Source: Tubiluchus corallicola
Lineage: Eukaryota; Animalia; Priapulida
Reading direction: 5' to 3'
Length of the DNA: 64,000 nucleotides
Assembly (NCBI GenBank): GCA_030141605.1
Contig: JAQGDQ010000034.1
Location: forward strand, 310,001-374,000
Position numbers and translations under genes: made by a program. Positions 14,330 to 29,721 of this stretch are shown in pieces. Within the stretch, counting starts at the first letter, position 1. The number at the start of each line of letters is the position of its first letter. The notes under the pieces were generated by a model. It was given only the letters and a program-made list of their open reading frames with translations. It had not been told where the DNA came from and searched no databases.

Positions 14330-14720
14330 GCTCATAAGTGTGTCATAATCATCAAACTTTTGCCTACCTTCATTGTCTAATTCTAAATCGTAAGTGTGTC
14401 GTAATCATTTAAGTTTTTCTGCTAACCTTTGTCGTCTAATAAAAATTGTATGTGCATCATGTTCATTCTATCAATCCACTTTCTATCAATTTTTCTTTCT
14501 AACAATCTTGTGTCTAACAATAAGTGTGTCGTAATCAAACTTTTATTTTCCTGGTTATATCTTTTAACAAAAATCATAAGTGCGTCATAGTCGTCAGACT
14601 TTTGTTTTTCATCTTCTGTCATCTAACAAAAATCGTAAGAGCGCCATAGTCGTTAAACTTTTGCCATAAAATTTTCGTCGTCCAACAAAAATCGCAAGTG
14701 TGTCATGGCTAAACTTTTTT
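14330..14720. repeat. Degenerate minisatellite, unit about 58 bp, 6-7 copies
   Basis: TCRTAAGTGYGTCRTARTCRTYAAACTTTT...TCTAACAAAAA recurs near 14332, 14388, 14446, 14519, 14574, 14633 and 14691. Confidence 0.75.
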
Positions 14721-16009
14721 TCTTCTAGTTGTAGTGGCCCAGCAAAAAACCTTAAGTTTGTCGCAGTTGTTGCTGAAAAATAGAAGCTAGAAGGACGGAT
14801 TTTCTTGCCACTGCAGTCTCGCAAGCCTGTCAAAAACGTGTGGCAGCTTTATTAGGCTTTTTTTGTTTACCTGAGCGCTATGTAAGCTAGCTCCAGCACT
14901 CCAGTGCTCAGATGTATAGTGTCTGCTTAGCCTTAACGTATATGGTTGTGAGGTGGCTCACATATGAATCATATGATATAATTATGATCAGCGAACATAA
15001 ATATTTTGCTCTTGATTTTGTTTGACCGACTATATTACGTTTACAAACGCGCACAGTTGCAACAGCTAAAAGTGAAATTAGCCATTTCTCAAATTAGATA
15101 CATACATCAAAGAAATAAAGATATCTAATATACTGGTTTATTTAAGTTTCATAAAGTAGTCAAAGCGTTGCAGTGCATCCGTACTAGCTAAATACACTCC
15201 ATAGTGTGTTTGTTTTTTGTAAGGATAAAAAACAAACGAGAAACAAAAGCACCAATGGAAACATTAATTAAGTCTGCCATTCAACGTCTAACGATTTATG
15301 GAACAGATGGGTACAAATGTCTATTTGTTTTCCTCAGAAAATAGATTGCTATTTCTCGTCATATGTTAATATAGTTTAAACGAAAAAATGAATAAATAGT
15401 GAAAATTAGTGTTTGAAAATTTCGTAACGTACGTAATGTAAAGTTAAAATTAATTGATTAATGTCAAGTTACTCCTGGTGCTACGGAGAGGGGGCGTCAG
15501 ATTGCCCTGGGCTTCTCTTATTTACTATAATTGTTCTATAAAATGTCAGCCCTCTGAGGTGACATTCACATACCTGCATACAAATATCTTCGTTATTCAC
15601 ATGTAATGTCGCATTACATGTAATATAATAGTGTAATTAGTGCTATTTACATCGATATGTACATTATGTTGTTAGTAGCAAACACAACATTTCATGTGTA
15701 TTATTAAGTGTGAAACCTTTAATTACATATTCATTATGTACATAATCATTCATATACATGTAGGTTATTATGTCAACAATTACATAACCATAAGTATAAA
15801 TGGTTCACGGTTTCGGCCTAGAATGCTTATACTAGTATTGTATTTAACACAGCCAATGAGCAGAGTACTGGATTAGGGAGGACAAATTTATCTCATAGCT
15901 ATGGAAAAGCATAACAAGTGGATATTTATCAGCAATATACAACCTCATGCTGGAATGAAAATTTCTAAGCAAGTTTAAGATCGCCGCACTGACACACAGT
16001 TCTTTGATA

Positions 16010-16390
16010 AATCATTAATTTCATAACCATAGAAGAAGCAGCAGTAAGCTTGAAATCATTTAAGCATTATATGGCAATCACTCGCAGACTTAAAGGAGTA
16101 CAAAATAGCATTAACAGACGAAATAAAATCTTTTTAATATCTAGAACATCAGCAATTTGATCAAGGTTTGATGTTAGTTTGTGACCCAGATGACCGACCT
16201 CATCGGTCTAATTTATCACCGAACCATTAGCTATAATTCTAGGTAAGTTAATTAAATTCTGGTTGTTAGTAAATAAACTGCACTTTATTTTACTGGAGTT
16301 AAGAATCATGTCATGCTGGTCAGTGTACCGGATGCAGATACTGAGTATTGATTTAAGGCAGGTCGCAGAAGGTGCCAGCAGGGTTACCTG
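16010..16390 (-). mobile_element. Decayed non-LTR retrotransposon RT fragment
   Basis: Translates to TLLAPSATCLKSILSICIRYTDQHDMILNSSKIKC...GHLG, the segment after the YADD motif of LINE RTs; contains stops. Confidence 0.7.
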
Positions 16391-16574
16391 TACCATACAG
16401 GTGATACAGGTAAATGAAACTAATGCAACTTCGCTTACTCAAATATTATCAGAATCACCAATTAAAATTTGAAACCCCCTGTGTAAAACAACGTCCAGCA
16501 TCAGCACCAGCTGAGAGACAATTGCATATTCCAGTGCAGGTTTAACACCGGATTAATAAATCAGTAGCTATTGG

Positions 16575-16950
16575 CGGGGCCGTGTTATCCTATAGGCTCG
16601 TATAGACTACAGCCTAGGGCCTCTTAAGCTTAGCGGCCCTCAAAAGCTTTGCTAACATTTGGTAAAAAATCTGTTTTCTCACTACGGTTGTGTTGAATTA
16701 TGTGCTAATTTGATTTGCAATAAATAGTAAAACAGTGGGATTTCTTAAAGAATATTGTGACAAACAAAGGAAGCTTTTCTAGTTGATTTAAAGAATTTCC
16801 GAAAAGTTTACTTCAAGTCGCGTAAATGTAGTTAAATTATATCACGAGTGGAAAATATTGGAGACGGGTACGAGTGAGTTAGAGGTGGTTCCATATGAGA
16901 GTCATAATTTCATTAGCCTAAGGGCCCCAAAAGGTCATAATCTGGCCCTT
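16575..16950. mobile_element. hAT-like MITE, eroded
   Basis: Ends GGGGCCGTGTTA / TAATCTGGCCCT with GCCTA(A)GGGCC subterminal motifs; no clear TSD. Confidence 0.45.
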
Positions 16951-17575
16951 TGCTCTTGGTGAACTAGCAGCACAATGTAAATGTTTGTGGTACTGGGGAC
17001 CAAGTGAGGTGACAGAGCAGACTAAAAATGCTACATCTTGTCTATGTGTCTCAGTATTTCCCAATTGTTGTGGCAGCTTAATATGTCAGTGAAGCCAATA
17101 AAATTATTATATGTGGTATGAAACACAATAATTCACTGCTGATTTAGTAAAGCATCAAATGATTCGCCCGTTTTTGCTAGTGAAATCTTTTCCAATGAAC
17201 AGACAAACAACTAACCTGTTGACTGTTTTCGCGTTGTGGCCTTGATTAAATGAAGACAAAAGCATGTACATGCTAACTGTTGCAATCGGGTTAATTATAG
17301 CTACAAGCAAAAGTAATCTTATTTAATATCCTGCCTTACTAGCAATTTCCTCCATTTACGATGCTCACGACAAACAAACAGAATTGCAGGATCACTATCG
17401 AATATTAAACACAAGCTGATATTGGCCTTGACGTCAATATAGCCAATAATATCACATCGGTCTGTAAATAACCTCTAAACCTGTTTTTGTTGAGATTTCG
17501 TTTTTTTCTGACACAAACTCTTGTTCTTGTTTTTTTATGAGATGCCTGAACTTATCTAATTATAAAAGATGTAGT

Positions 17576-18034
17576 CCGGTCTGTTAAGGCAAATTTTGTT
17601 GAAACGGAAACAGACTGGATAGCGCTGCCAAATTTTCAGGAATGATTCTTTAGGACATTCCTAACAGCGTTTTGGACATTTTTATAAAATTTCGCATTTT
17701 GGCCTGTTGTCCCCAGGCCCAGACACCAAAAGGTCAAGAAGTGGTCCTACACTTTGGAAGCTTATAACTCCAAAACGTTCACAGATAGACTTTGGCTACT
17801 GCTAGGGATGAATACTATCATCTGTACCCCTCAATCCATTTCATAAAATCAATTATTTGTACCTGACTTCAAAGTGCAGGACCATTTCTTGACCTTTTGC
17901 TGTCCCGGACAGCGGACAAAATGCAAACGTCTATAAAAAATATCCAAAACGCTCTTAGAGTGGCCAAATGAATCATTTCTGAAAGTTTGACAACTGTGTC
18001 TAGTCAGTCCTCTTTCTTTCGGTAAACAGACCTG
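17576..18034. mobile_element. Fold-back element with about 180 bp imperfect inverted arms
   Basis: AAAAGGTCAAGAAGTGGTCCTACACTTTGGAAG mirrors CTTCAAAGTGCAGGACCATTTCTTGACCTTTT; symmetry extends outward to GGTCTGTT / AACAGACC. Confidence 0.8.
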
Positions 18035-18436
18035 ATTAATAATCAAAGATGAAAGATTAAAACAGTGAGAAACGTCTTAGCTACGTTCAGATGAGCAATT
18101 GCCTTCCCTCATTCCGGACAGTATAGCAAACAGCTGCTCGGAATAAGCATTGAACCGGGCGGTTTTATGTATCCATTTTCAACTTCAACCTCTAAGCGCA
18201 AACAGTAGCCATTCGACTATTCATTTCGTGTACATGACTAACTGAGACGCAGAAATGGTCTGAATCATTTTGTATTCGCACTATTTTGTTTATTCACATT
18301 TTACGGATCCTACATCTTTCAGCGAATCGCTATCACATACTATTTCCACGTATGACTTAGAGAAACTGCAAGAGGTATATAATATGAAGTTTCATATATT
18401 ACTTGCGGAGCTGACGAATAATACACGTGTCTAGTG

Positions 18437-18640
18437 AATAATGACGACAATAGTACTGATAATGACAATAGCAAAAACAACAACAGCAGTAGTAGCAGCA
18501 GCAGCAACAATAGCAACAACAGCAACAACAACAACAACACATCAACAGCAACAGTTGCAACAACAACAACAACAATAGCAGCTGCAAGAGTAACAGCAGT
18601 AACAGCCACAATAACAACAACACAGCAACAGCAACAGCTG

Positions 18641-18671
<31 letters not shown>

Positions 18672-18833
18672 AGCAGCAGCAACAGCAACAGAACAGCAGT
18701 AGCAGCAGCAACGACAACAGCAGTGACAACAGCAACGACAACAGCAACAACGACGACGACGACAACAACAACAACAACAACAACAACAACAGCAACAACA
18801 ACATCATTATCAACAACAACAGCAACAACAACT

Positions 18834-18896
<63 letters not shown>

Positions 18897-19018
18897 TGAA
18901 CAACAGCACCACCAACAACAACAGCAGCAACAGTAGCATCATCAGTAACAACAGCAGCAGCAACAGCAACATATAGCAGCAGCAACAGCAACAGTAGCAG
19001 CAGCAGCAACAACAACAA

Positions 19019-19049
<31 letters not shown>

Positions 19050-19202
19050 AACAACAACAACAGCAGCAGCAGCAGCAGCAGCAACAACAACAACAACAAC
19101 AGCAGCAGCAGCAGAGTAACAACAACAACAACAACAAAATCATCATCATCGTCAACAACATCAACATCACAACCAACAACGATAACAGCAACAGCAACAA
19201 CA
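18437..19202. repeat. Long compound (CAA)/(CAG)n microsatellite
   Basis: Directly visible. Confidence 0.97.
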
Positions 19203-20842
19203 CGTGGTATTGTGACCTCACGGTACAAATCTATACACTCAACAGCCGTGCTTGATTCTTGACCCGCCAGATGAATGACAACCACGGAAGTCGAGTCTTA
19301 CAACAAAGAGCGTTGCGTTAAAAGCAATTATGCTGAAGCAGATTAGAATAGGCGCATAAAACATGCATCAAAAGACCATATTGCGTTTTACGTAGATCTT
19401 ATGAAAATCAGAAATTGCTTGTCACTTGATCTCGTAAAACAGTTGACAAGACTTTAATCACAAAGTGCTGCCGGGCTTCGCCATCTTGTTCGCATGTTCT
19501 GTTGCTGCTTTTCCAAATTTATTTTTTTCTTTCTAATCTGCTGAGCGTCTTTAGTTTCTTTGAGCTCTAGTTGCTATCGCGTTGAATACTGACGGGGAAT
19601 TTTCCATACGAACGAAATGTTTGTAATATTGCTTTTGCTTTTGCACTCACATTTAGAAATTTGCATAGGACAAGGTCACACTGATTTAAGCAAAAAGCAG
19701 CGGAAGATGAATATATGACAATATCAAAGCAGATACCCTACGGGGGTAAAATTACAATAGACGAGCTACATAATACTTATTTCAAAGATACAGAAAAGCT
19801 TAATTCTTTGATAGAAATGCCTTCTAAGAAGTCAATGGGCGGCGTTACCACTTTTAACTGCGAGAGTACAAAATTTTCTAAATCTAACTGTTAAGGTAAT
19901 ATATTAGGTTTCTTTGAATTTCTTTTCTTTTCTATGCTTTTTGTTCACTTCTCCTTATCGTTCCAACTTTTTCTTGCCGTCTTTTCTTTACCTCTCCGCT
20001 ACTCTTGTTTTTTCTACTGTTTTATAACTAAATGTAAAAAACTTTAAAAATTACACGCCAAGAAAATTATCCGCCAGTTCCACAGTTTGACGTTCTCGTG
20101 GGAAACACATAGCAAAATGTTCCAAAAATGACGAATTACGACAAACACTGTACAGTAATACAGTACAACTATAGTCCATGTGTTCAATTTAGACACTCAG
20201 TCTTTAATTTTTCTTCTTTTAAACGATAGTCCTTTGTTAAACTATCATCAAAATATTACACTTTTTGAACTAGTTCAAATGTTCATCAAGAATACTGGTA
20301 GATTTAAGTAAGCAAGCCAATTTGTATTCTCATAGATCATAAAGTCACATTTTTGTTATGCGTTGTTGCTAGTAAAATCTTGGAAAATTCACTTTGTGTC
20401 TTACCTGAGTTATTATATCAGCTTTTGCTGTTCACCAAAGATCACATTACATGTGAAAAAAAATAAATAAAAAACTACAGTTTAGCACAATGTAATTTCG
20501 CTTGCTTTAATATCATCATAAGAGCTATTGTGGTTTTAAACTTTTCTCTGTTTTTCCTGTACAAACTCTGATTTTTGAAAAGGTTCCTGCAACGTTTTTA
20601 CATTTATTAGGACTTGCAGGTTTTTCAAAACAAACTTCGGTACGGAAACATGTCTTAAGAAGCCTATTCCTTTAAAGTTTCGTAGATTATTTGCGTCACT
20701 TAGGTGTGGCACTGCCCCTCTCAGAAGGGCAGGGCGTTATGAAAGTGTTCCGATTAACGAACGATTATGTCAGTCAAGTAATTGTGATGCTGTCGAGGAT
20801 GAATTGCATTTTTGTTAAATTGTAATTTGCTAAACTCTACAG

Positions 20843-20963
20843 TTCAATACGAAACAAAGTTTAATAACTGGAATAACTTAGACGAGTTTGTTAAGAGGAA
20901 AATCCCGAGATACGTAAAATTACTGCCAGTCTGCGTTGAGATGTTGGAAAAGCAAAGAAAATC
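20843..20963 (+). CDS. Possible internal exon of an unidentified upstream gene
   Basis: ctctacAG acceptor, open frame QYETKFNNWNNLDEFVKRKIPRYVKLLPVCVEMLEKQRK, GTTAGT donor (phase 2); no recognisable domain. Confidence 0.25.
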
Positions 20964-21186
20964 GTTAGTCTTATCATTTAAATATTCACAAATTTTGAGC
21001 TTTTATGACACACAATTTACTTCCGTGTCCTAGCACATCTACACTCGCACTATGTCACCCCTTTCTTTTGTTGTTTTATTTTAATTGTCTAAAAATTTGG
21101 TCTCTTATAGCTCAAAGTTGAGCTCCCATTTGCTGCAGTCGTGTTTTCTATACTTGAATGTTTTGTAGACGAGACGAAAATAAATT

Positions 21187-21550
<364 letters not shown>

Positions 21551-22859
21551 CTATTAGAATTTCTGCTCTCCTTTTTTCCATCCACCTCTTTTGATCAATA
21601 AGCGGTTTTCGTTTGTCAACCGTTAACTCACGTCCATTTGCACTTTTTGGTCGACTTTGTCCAATTGTCCAGCCCACCTGAAGCGCAAATGCACTCTTTC
21701 TTAAGTTAAACTTAAAGTCATGGAACGCCAACGCATCACGAAATGACTCGATTTCTTTACGTCAATCAAAGAGCTGCGCTCTTACCTTGCGTTATTCTTT
21801 AAAGCCGTTTCCGGTTATATTATTCGTGGTTAGCGCCTTAAAGTCAAAAATAGTTAGAGTTGATAAGATTACGTCAATTTCCGGCTAAAACTGAAGGGAA
21901 ATGTCTTATTTATAGTAATGAGAGAAACGTGATTTTTTAGTAAACACAGGTATTGCGTGACTGCACGAACAAAAAGAATAGTTTAAAAAAAAGCGGTAAA
22001 CGTTAGGCTCAGTCTTTTGATAAATTAGAAACTTGAAGACAAAAAGGCACATACCAAATGTTTTTTGGTGTTTTGAATAATGCGGGTGAAGCCAGATTAG
22101 ACGGAAGAGAGTACTTGGCTATGCATTCAAGTTTCAGAAAACTGGCTTAAAAATAAAGGCATTGCAAAGCATTTGAATAAGACAAATTACCTGACGCCAA
22201 TGACGTCAGCGCTCCTAGGTGTTCAGACGCTTCTTTTAACATAGACACAATATGTTCTTACTGGAGACGACCCGGGATCTGTAATCTGGCTAATTACAAC
22301 AGCACACGAACAGAATGAACATGCTTCCTAGACTTTAAAGCACAGTTACACCTGCAGAGTTTCAGAGATTGAGCCCTCACATTTGGGTCACCCCATACGG
22401 TTTATTATCCACGCTCAACAAATGCTAGGCTATTATCCGTCGCCTACATGAAACAAAGATTTCCTTTGCAGGAGTTATTAGGCAACATTAATGAGGAATG
22501 CCATGTACTTCGTGGCCAGTGGGGCTTCTTAGTCTGATTAGTAGTAGTCATCATTATTACCTGGTTAGTTATTTTTCCGAAAGAACAAAGGACAAGCAAA
22601 AAGAAACGATTTGTTTGTTTCTACGTCGTATGCTCTACTTAAGTAAAACAAAACATTTACCACTGAAAAGATATATCAAAGGCGATTGGCGAAATTATGT
22701 CTGTTAAATTTTTAATGTTATTGCGAAGTTATAGCTGCAAGCAGCATGCCAACAGTCCAATTTGATCGAAAGGCTAGCCTTAATACCTGGTTGTTTTCCG
22801 AATAATTTATGCATACATCGATGATTCTATAAAAACTACAGTATTACTAATGCAATATA

Positions 22860-23072
22860 ATGACGACGACGATGATGATGATGATGACGACGACGACAGC
22901 GATGAACGATGATGATGGTGGTGATGATGACGATGATGACGACGACGACGACGACGATGATGATGATGAAGTGATTACGATGACGATGACGATGATGACG
23001 ATGATGACCACGATGACGATGACGACGATGAAGATTATTATGATGATGAAGAAGAAGAAGAAGCAGAAGATA

Positions 23073-23113
<41 letters not shown>

Positions 23114-23150
23114 TGTGATGACGATGATGATGACGATGGTGATGATTATT
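22860..23150. repeat. (GAT)/(GAC)/(GAA)n microsatellite
   Basis: Directly visible. Confidence 0.97.
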
Positions 23151-23548
23151 CCGAATGCGTGCATTGCCGTAAAGATCGCCATGTTTCGCCACGTCATTCG
23201 TCTCGTGCAACGAAAAATGGTGGTTCGACAAATGATTCAATATCAATAACAACGAAGTGATAAAAATCAACAGAAACAAGTTTTGCAGTAAGTTTACAAT
23301 AAAATAAATTGAATATTTGCAATGGGAGTAGGATTTTAAGTTGTAAAAACTTATATTATAGTGAGGGTTTAGTTTGACTTTAAGGCAATCAATTTACAAG
23401 TGACGCTGACAAATGTCTAGGACTGTGAAATACATAGTGACAACTCAGATCACTGACAATATTCTTTTACTGATGCATTATTACTACGTATGATTTAACT
23501 ATTTATTATTTTTTTACCTTGATATCAATTTTTGAGATCATTATGTTA

Positions 23549-23890
23549 AGCCGTATTCACGTTCTCGCAGTTTTTGCATTCGGTGCCGCATGTTGCTTTG
23601 CCTAACCTGCTTCTAAAGTATTTATACATAAAACGAGGATATGGGCGGTTTGCCGTTTCACTATGGGTTTGCTACTTATACCACATTGTCGTGGCACCTA
23701 CGCAAACCGCATGCGTGCGCACATTGAGCACATTGTCGTGGCACCTACGCAAACCGCATGTATGCGCACATTGAGCACGTTTTGATAGTTTCTCGTTGAA
23801 CCAGCATGAGCATTTCTTGCGGCATTAACAGAAAAACAACTAGCTGGAATATCATGGACTTGGTGACTTACTGAGAAAAATTGCGAGAAC
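23549..23890. mobile_element. MITE with an internal 47 bp tandem duplication
   Basis: GTTCTCGCAGTTTTT (23561) / AAAAATTGCGAGAAC (23876-23890) inverted repeat; 47 bp unit at 23682 and 23729. Confidence 0.6.
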
Positions 23891-24299
23891 AATAAGAGGA
23901 TTTGGAAAAGGCTGTTTAAACACCATACGTTCTTGTAGGATTATATATGTACAATCCACTAAAGACTTCACTTTAAGCTTAGGATTTGGACTAAAGTTGG
24001 GTATAATACCTGTACATTAAGAGAAGTCAGTTTAGGGCATTACATTTAACTCCCGAAAAACCCCAAACAAACAGTGTTGCATCTTGTCGTACAACGTAGT
24101 TTTTTTAGACAAAATTGGCTTCCATCCGCTCAACAGGATTGAAGTGCCGTCTACAAAGAGCGATCTGCCTTGGTAGAGATATCGAAGGACATGAAATGCA
24201 TACAGAAAAGTGATGGTAATGCTGATATAAACGCATAGTTAATTTAATTTTGATACCATACTTGAAACACAGTGAATATGAAAAGATGAATTAAAACCT

Positions 24300-24560
24300 T
24301 GATTTGTGCCTTCGACCTTTTGCTTACAAGGCAGATGCTTTAGACCACTAGGCCACCACACCGAAGTTGGCAAATCCATTATAGCTGGCAAACCAATTTC
24401 AGTATTTCCAGTGTTAGAGCATACACATTAGAGTTTCTATAATTAGAAACATTTGATATTTGACTAAATAGAGCCTGATATCTAAAACATCTACCTTGTT
24501 GCCAGAAGGTCCCTGGTTCAAATCCAGGCTGTGTTCCAACCTTTTCACATTTCCCCCAGT
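24300..24560. mobile_element. Two divergently oriented tRNA-derived (SINE-like) heads
   Basis: Minus strand GGTGTGGTGGCCTAGTGGTCTAAAGCATCTGCCTTGTAAGC (A box); plus strand TCTAAAACATCTACCTTG...GGTTCAAATCC (B box). Confidence 0.6.
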
Positions 24561-26588
24561 TCAAGTTTGGCATAATTTATTAACTGATTGTTGTGACTAT
24601 AAATGATTACTACAGTGAAGTAGCTAGGTTGAACTCATGCTTGTTTTTATTCCTAAAGCTCCATATAAATAAGCAAAATGTTGTGGCTATTCTGTAAGCA
24701 GTTACCATATTCAACCACGTAAAGAGTAAGCCAACATCTTCATCCATCCTTCGTAAATATTAACAACATTAAAGTCAAACTAAAAGCTCACTGCAATATA
24801 AGCTTTTACAACCTAAAATCCTGTTCTCATTTGGAATATTCAATTTATTTTATTATAAACTTACTGTAAAACTTGTTTCTTTGATATTTTATCACTTCGT
24901 TGTTAACGGTATTAAATTTGAAGAACCGCCATTTTTCTTTGCGCGAGACGAATGACGTAATGAATACTGTCACGAGGTCACGCGAGGTCAGTAAACAAAC
25001 ATCGGTAACCAAAGGCGCTTCCCTGTATCTCCCTCGTACATCATTGTCGCTCACTCGCGCCTAAGACGTGTAACAGGGCAATCTTTACGGCAATACACGC
25101 ATTCGAAATTCGGTAGAAAAAGAGTAAGTCATTTAATATTCACTCATTTGTGCCACCTTAACAAGCCAAGCTTTCAAGGTGTCATACAGCAACTCTTTTA
25201 TTTGGTTATTTGGACTTCATCAACGTTTTTTTACCTATACTGTTTCTTTTTGTTTCAATAATATTGTATGTTGATGTATTGTATATGTATTGCTGGAGTG
25301 AAATAAATAAATTAATTAATTAAAAATTTGTAACTTATTTTGTTTCTAAATTAATTTGTCTAATAATAAGTACGAATTCTTTGCATAATCAAATAATGCA
25401 TTAAAAAACTTCAGTGCCAGTTGAGGTTATATAGGCCTTTAATATCGTATGTATTCATGGTTCGGGATTAAGGTATATTGGTACCGTAAGCATACCCAAC
25501 ACCTGGTGCCCCGACTCTCTTTTTTGCCCGCGTCACGTTTGGCGGCTCAAAGGATACGTATTATGTGATACATGGACAAATCATGCAACTTTCTCCATTG
25601 CTATAGGCTTGCACAGATTTATGCCATTTGAACTCTTTGTTGATTTTAAAACGAAATTCTAATCAACTAAATCAACTACAGAAAAAATGTATGCCCGCCG
25701 TCAAGCGAAAAATTAGTCATTTACAGCACCAGAGGTCATTAGTTATTGGAATGTCTTAACTAAGGTAAATACTGAGGACAACGTAATGGCCTAATACTAA
25801 ACAATGTGAATATATCAGTAACGCTTTTCAATAACACAATGGCTAATACTGTTATCAACTTCGTTTAAATTTTAAGTTAAAATCCTGAGTTTTGACGCCC
25901 TGAGCCCGTGCTTATTCTGCGTTAATCTGGCCCTATGGGTGTTAGAAAAACTGTTACCTCAACACAAGCTGGCACGTGATCTCGTAAGCAGTTTTCTGTG
26001 TTTAGTCGCAAACCTGCGAGTTCTTTGAAAACGCCTACTACTAGAATTATTTCATAGGTTATTGATACCAACGGGAAGCCTCTTACTATTATTCAGACTA
26101 GCAAATCCAATGCCAGTAACCTTAGAAGGCTCCCAGCAGATTCAGCTGATAAATTCTGATGGTTTCATCGCCGTTGTTTTAGATGCGCTGACACATAAAC
26201 GACGAAGTTGCTTTACTACCCAATAAAAACCTTTACTCAACTTACTAATACGATCATTGTAGAGAGGTGTCAGGAAATGACTGCCTCCCCTATACAGGAA
26301 AAATGGAAAAGAACAGATGTATATGCTTTTATGCATGCTTTGTGCTTTATTCTTTGAATAAAGGACACTTTAGCGTCTGGTACTGCCCGTCATTCGCAGC
26401 TCTAAGGGGTCATAAGTAGACTGGGGTAGGGATCGTGTTGGTTTGCCAATGGGAATGGTGTCGTGACTCGTTTCTCCAAAAACTTCATTTGATTTTTTTT
26501 GCTATTTCTGATAAGAAATGGAAAAACATACGAAAAACAAATTTATATATTCATGTCATACAAATATCGCGATAACTTTGTATGCAAC

Positions 26589-27010
26589 GATGCTAGGTCA
26601 TCGCTGCCAGGGGGTCTGATTGGTCGCTCACCTAGTCAATTTGTTCTCTCGTATTTCGGATGCCATGTGGACCGGGTTCAATACCAGGATGCTGAAAAAC
26701 TTTACAAAGACAGGCAAGGTTTGCAGACATAAATCGCCAGTAAACTTGTTCTGTGTGTCTCATGCTTGTTGTGTCTATGAAACATTTGCCTTGATGGTAA
26801 AAATACCTATCCGTTTACCTGCTGAATCAACGAGACAATTCCACATGGGCAGTAAAAAACATATATGCAAAGCTGATATGCAATGGCTTCGAAATGGCTC
26901 GAACTATCACACTGGGTGTGCAGGGCCTATTTCAGGGGGGGGGGAGTGGGGATACTTCCCCGGGGCCTCCCGCCAAGGTAACATTTTTTTGCTTTATGCG
27001 AACATACTGC

Positions 27011-27067
<57 letters not shown>

Positions 27068-27180
27068 CCGCAGGCGCGGGGCCTCACACTTCCCACTTCC
27101 CCGGGCCTCGCTTACGCTGAAATAGGCCCTTGTGTGTGTGGGGGGGGTAATATGGCACGTCACCATTGTAACAATATATA
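26589..27180. repeat. Dispersed repeat family B, copy 2 (interrupted by a MITE)
   Basis: Colinear with 11531-11915 once 26921-27132 is removed. Confidence 0.75.
26921..27132. mobile_element. hAT-like MITE containing (CT)n
   Basis: TIR AGGGCCTATTTCAG / CTGAAATAGGCCCT; 8 bp flanks TGGGTGTG / TGTGTGTG. Confidence 0.8.
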
Positions 27181-27754
27181 CGGTATTCTCCAGTGCCCTT
27201 ACTAATAAATGGTTATTGTCTTAGGTTTGACGCATAAAATGAAATGTTTTCTTTTGCGGCCTCTAACACTTGTCCGTTGATAAATATCTCTATTTACTGA
27301 CAGTGATTTGGTTTTATTGTTTTAGAATTTATTTATTATATACTTGTTAGCTTGAACTTGAAGAAGGTTCGTGATTATTTGAGTTCTTTTATTGCTAATA
27401 TTGCGTGTATATTTAATCTGAGAGGTCTTTGACGTCAAGAAAGCTCGTAAAAGGCAATTGGTATTGTAAATTTAAGATTAATAGTATAAAAGACGTAGGT
27501 ATCGCAGGTAATATAACGAGAAATGGAGCGCGAACGCAATACAGTAAATCTAAAAATGTAATTTCGTATGCGCGCTATTTGTAATGGCAAAGGACGGGTC
27601 TTATATTACTGCTGAATATTTATGTAAATGTTGACTTAATTACACCTCTGTCAAGGCCATTTATTTCGTTTTAGTACTACTGGTGAAATTTCAGGTAGCA
27701 TTTTTTACAATTTTTACCAGTAGTATAATAACAGATAGGATGTAAAATATGCAT

Positions 27755-28162
27755 CAATGGTGTGCAAATTATCTGACTAGCCGGGCCACATTAAACATTC
27801 CCGCAATTCCTGTGGGCCAAATGCAGTTTGGTCAAGGAGCCAAGTACAGTAGGACCTAATAACATTTTTTTTGCATCCGATTTGCGCACATCATCACTAT
27901 ACTGCACTACCACATTCAAGAAACTATTTTAGAAGTTATTAAAATTTATATTAAAAACCACATCATATATTTCGTCATGTCCGACAGTGGCAACGGTCTT
28001 GTGAGGGTTATTGCCATCCGATCTAGAGGAAAAAACTACCCGCACTATCTTCGCGATATTGGCGCAGACTTCAGCTGGATCGCGTGGGCCGCACTTTCAT
28101 TACGTTGACAAACTTCCTAGCGGGCTGCAAGTGGCCCTCGGGCCGCAGTTTGCACACCCCTG
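27755..28162. mobile_element. hAT (Charlie-like) MITE
   Basis: TIR CAATGGTGTGCAAA / TTTGCACACCCCTG; 8 bp TSD ATATGCAT / ATATACAT; GGGCCGCA subterminal motifs. Confidence 0.85.
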
Positions 28163-28499
28163 ATATACATGACTATAAAACAAATCATACATGATTATTT
28201 ACGTGCGTTATATGCGGAGCGATAGTTAAACATGTTATGCATCGAGTTGCAAACATTTTAAAAACTTCACCAGAATTCTACTACAATTTCGCAAAAAAGT
28301 TGAATATTTCCGACTGCATACAGTAAGTTATGGCTTCCTATCACATTGTAAAGTTTTATATTGATTCTGTGAAAATGTTCAACCTTTTGCGAAAATGTAA
28401 TAGAATTCTGCTAAGTTTTTTTGAATTGTCTATAACTGATACTCAATGTATAGCCTGTGTAATTTTCGTAAAACTGCGTTTTGGTGAATAATGATGTTT

Positions 28500-29670
<1,171 letters not shown>

Positions 29671-29681
29671 TCTAATCTATA

Positions 29682-29721
29682 GTCCCTGATCAAGCCCTCG
29701 GCAGTGTGAAACGTGTAGGAC
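29682..29721 (+). ncRNA. Minimal type I hammerhead ribozyme relic (Penelope-type), core mutated
   Basis: GTCC-CTGATCA-A-GCCCT-CGGC-AGTGT-GAAAC-GT-GTA-GGAC followed by AATAAA; the core reads CUGAUCA instead of CUGAUGA. Confidence 0.55.

Noticed and set aside
24300-24560. Functional tRNA genes (also near 4730 and 41660-41720)
   Set aside because: Only partial A or B boxes are present and no complete cloverleaf; better explained as SINE-like heads.
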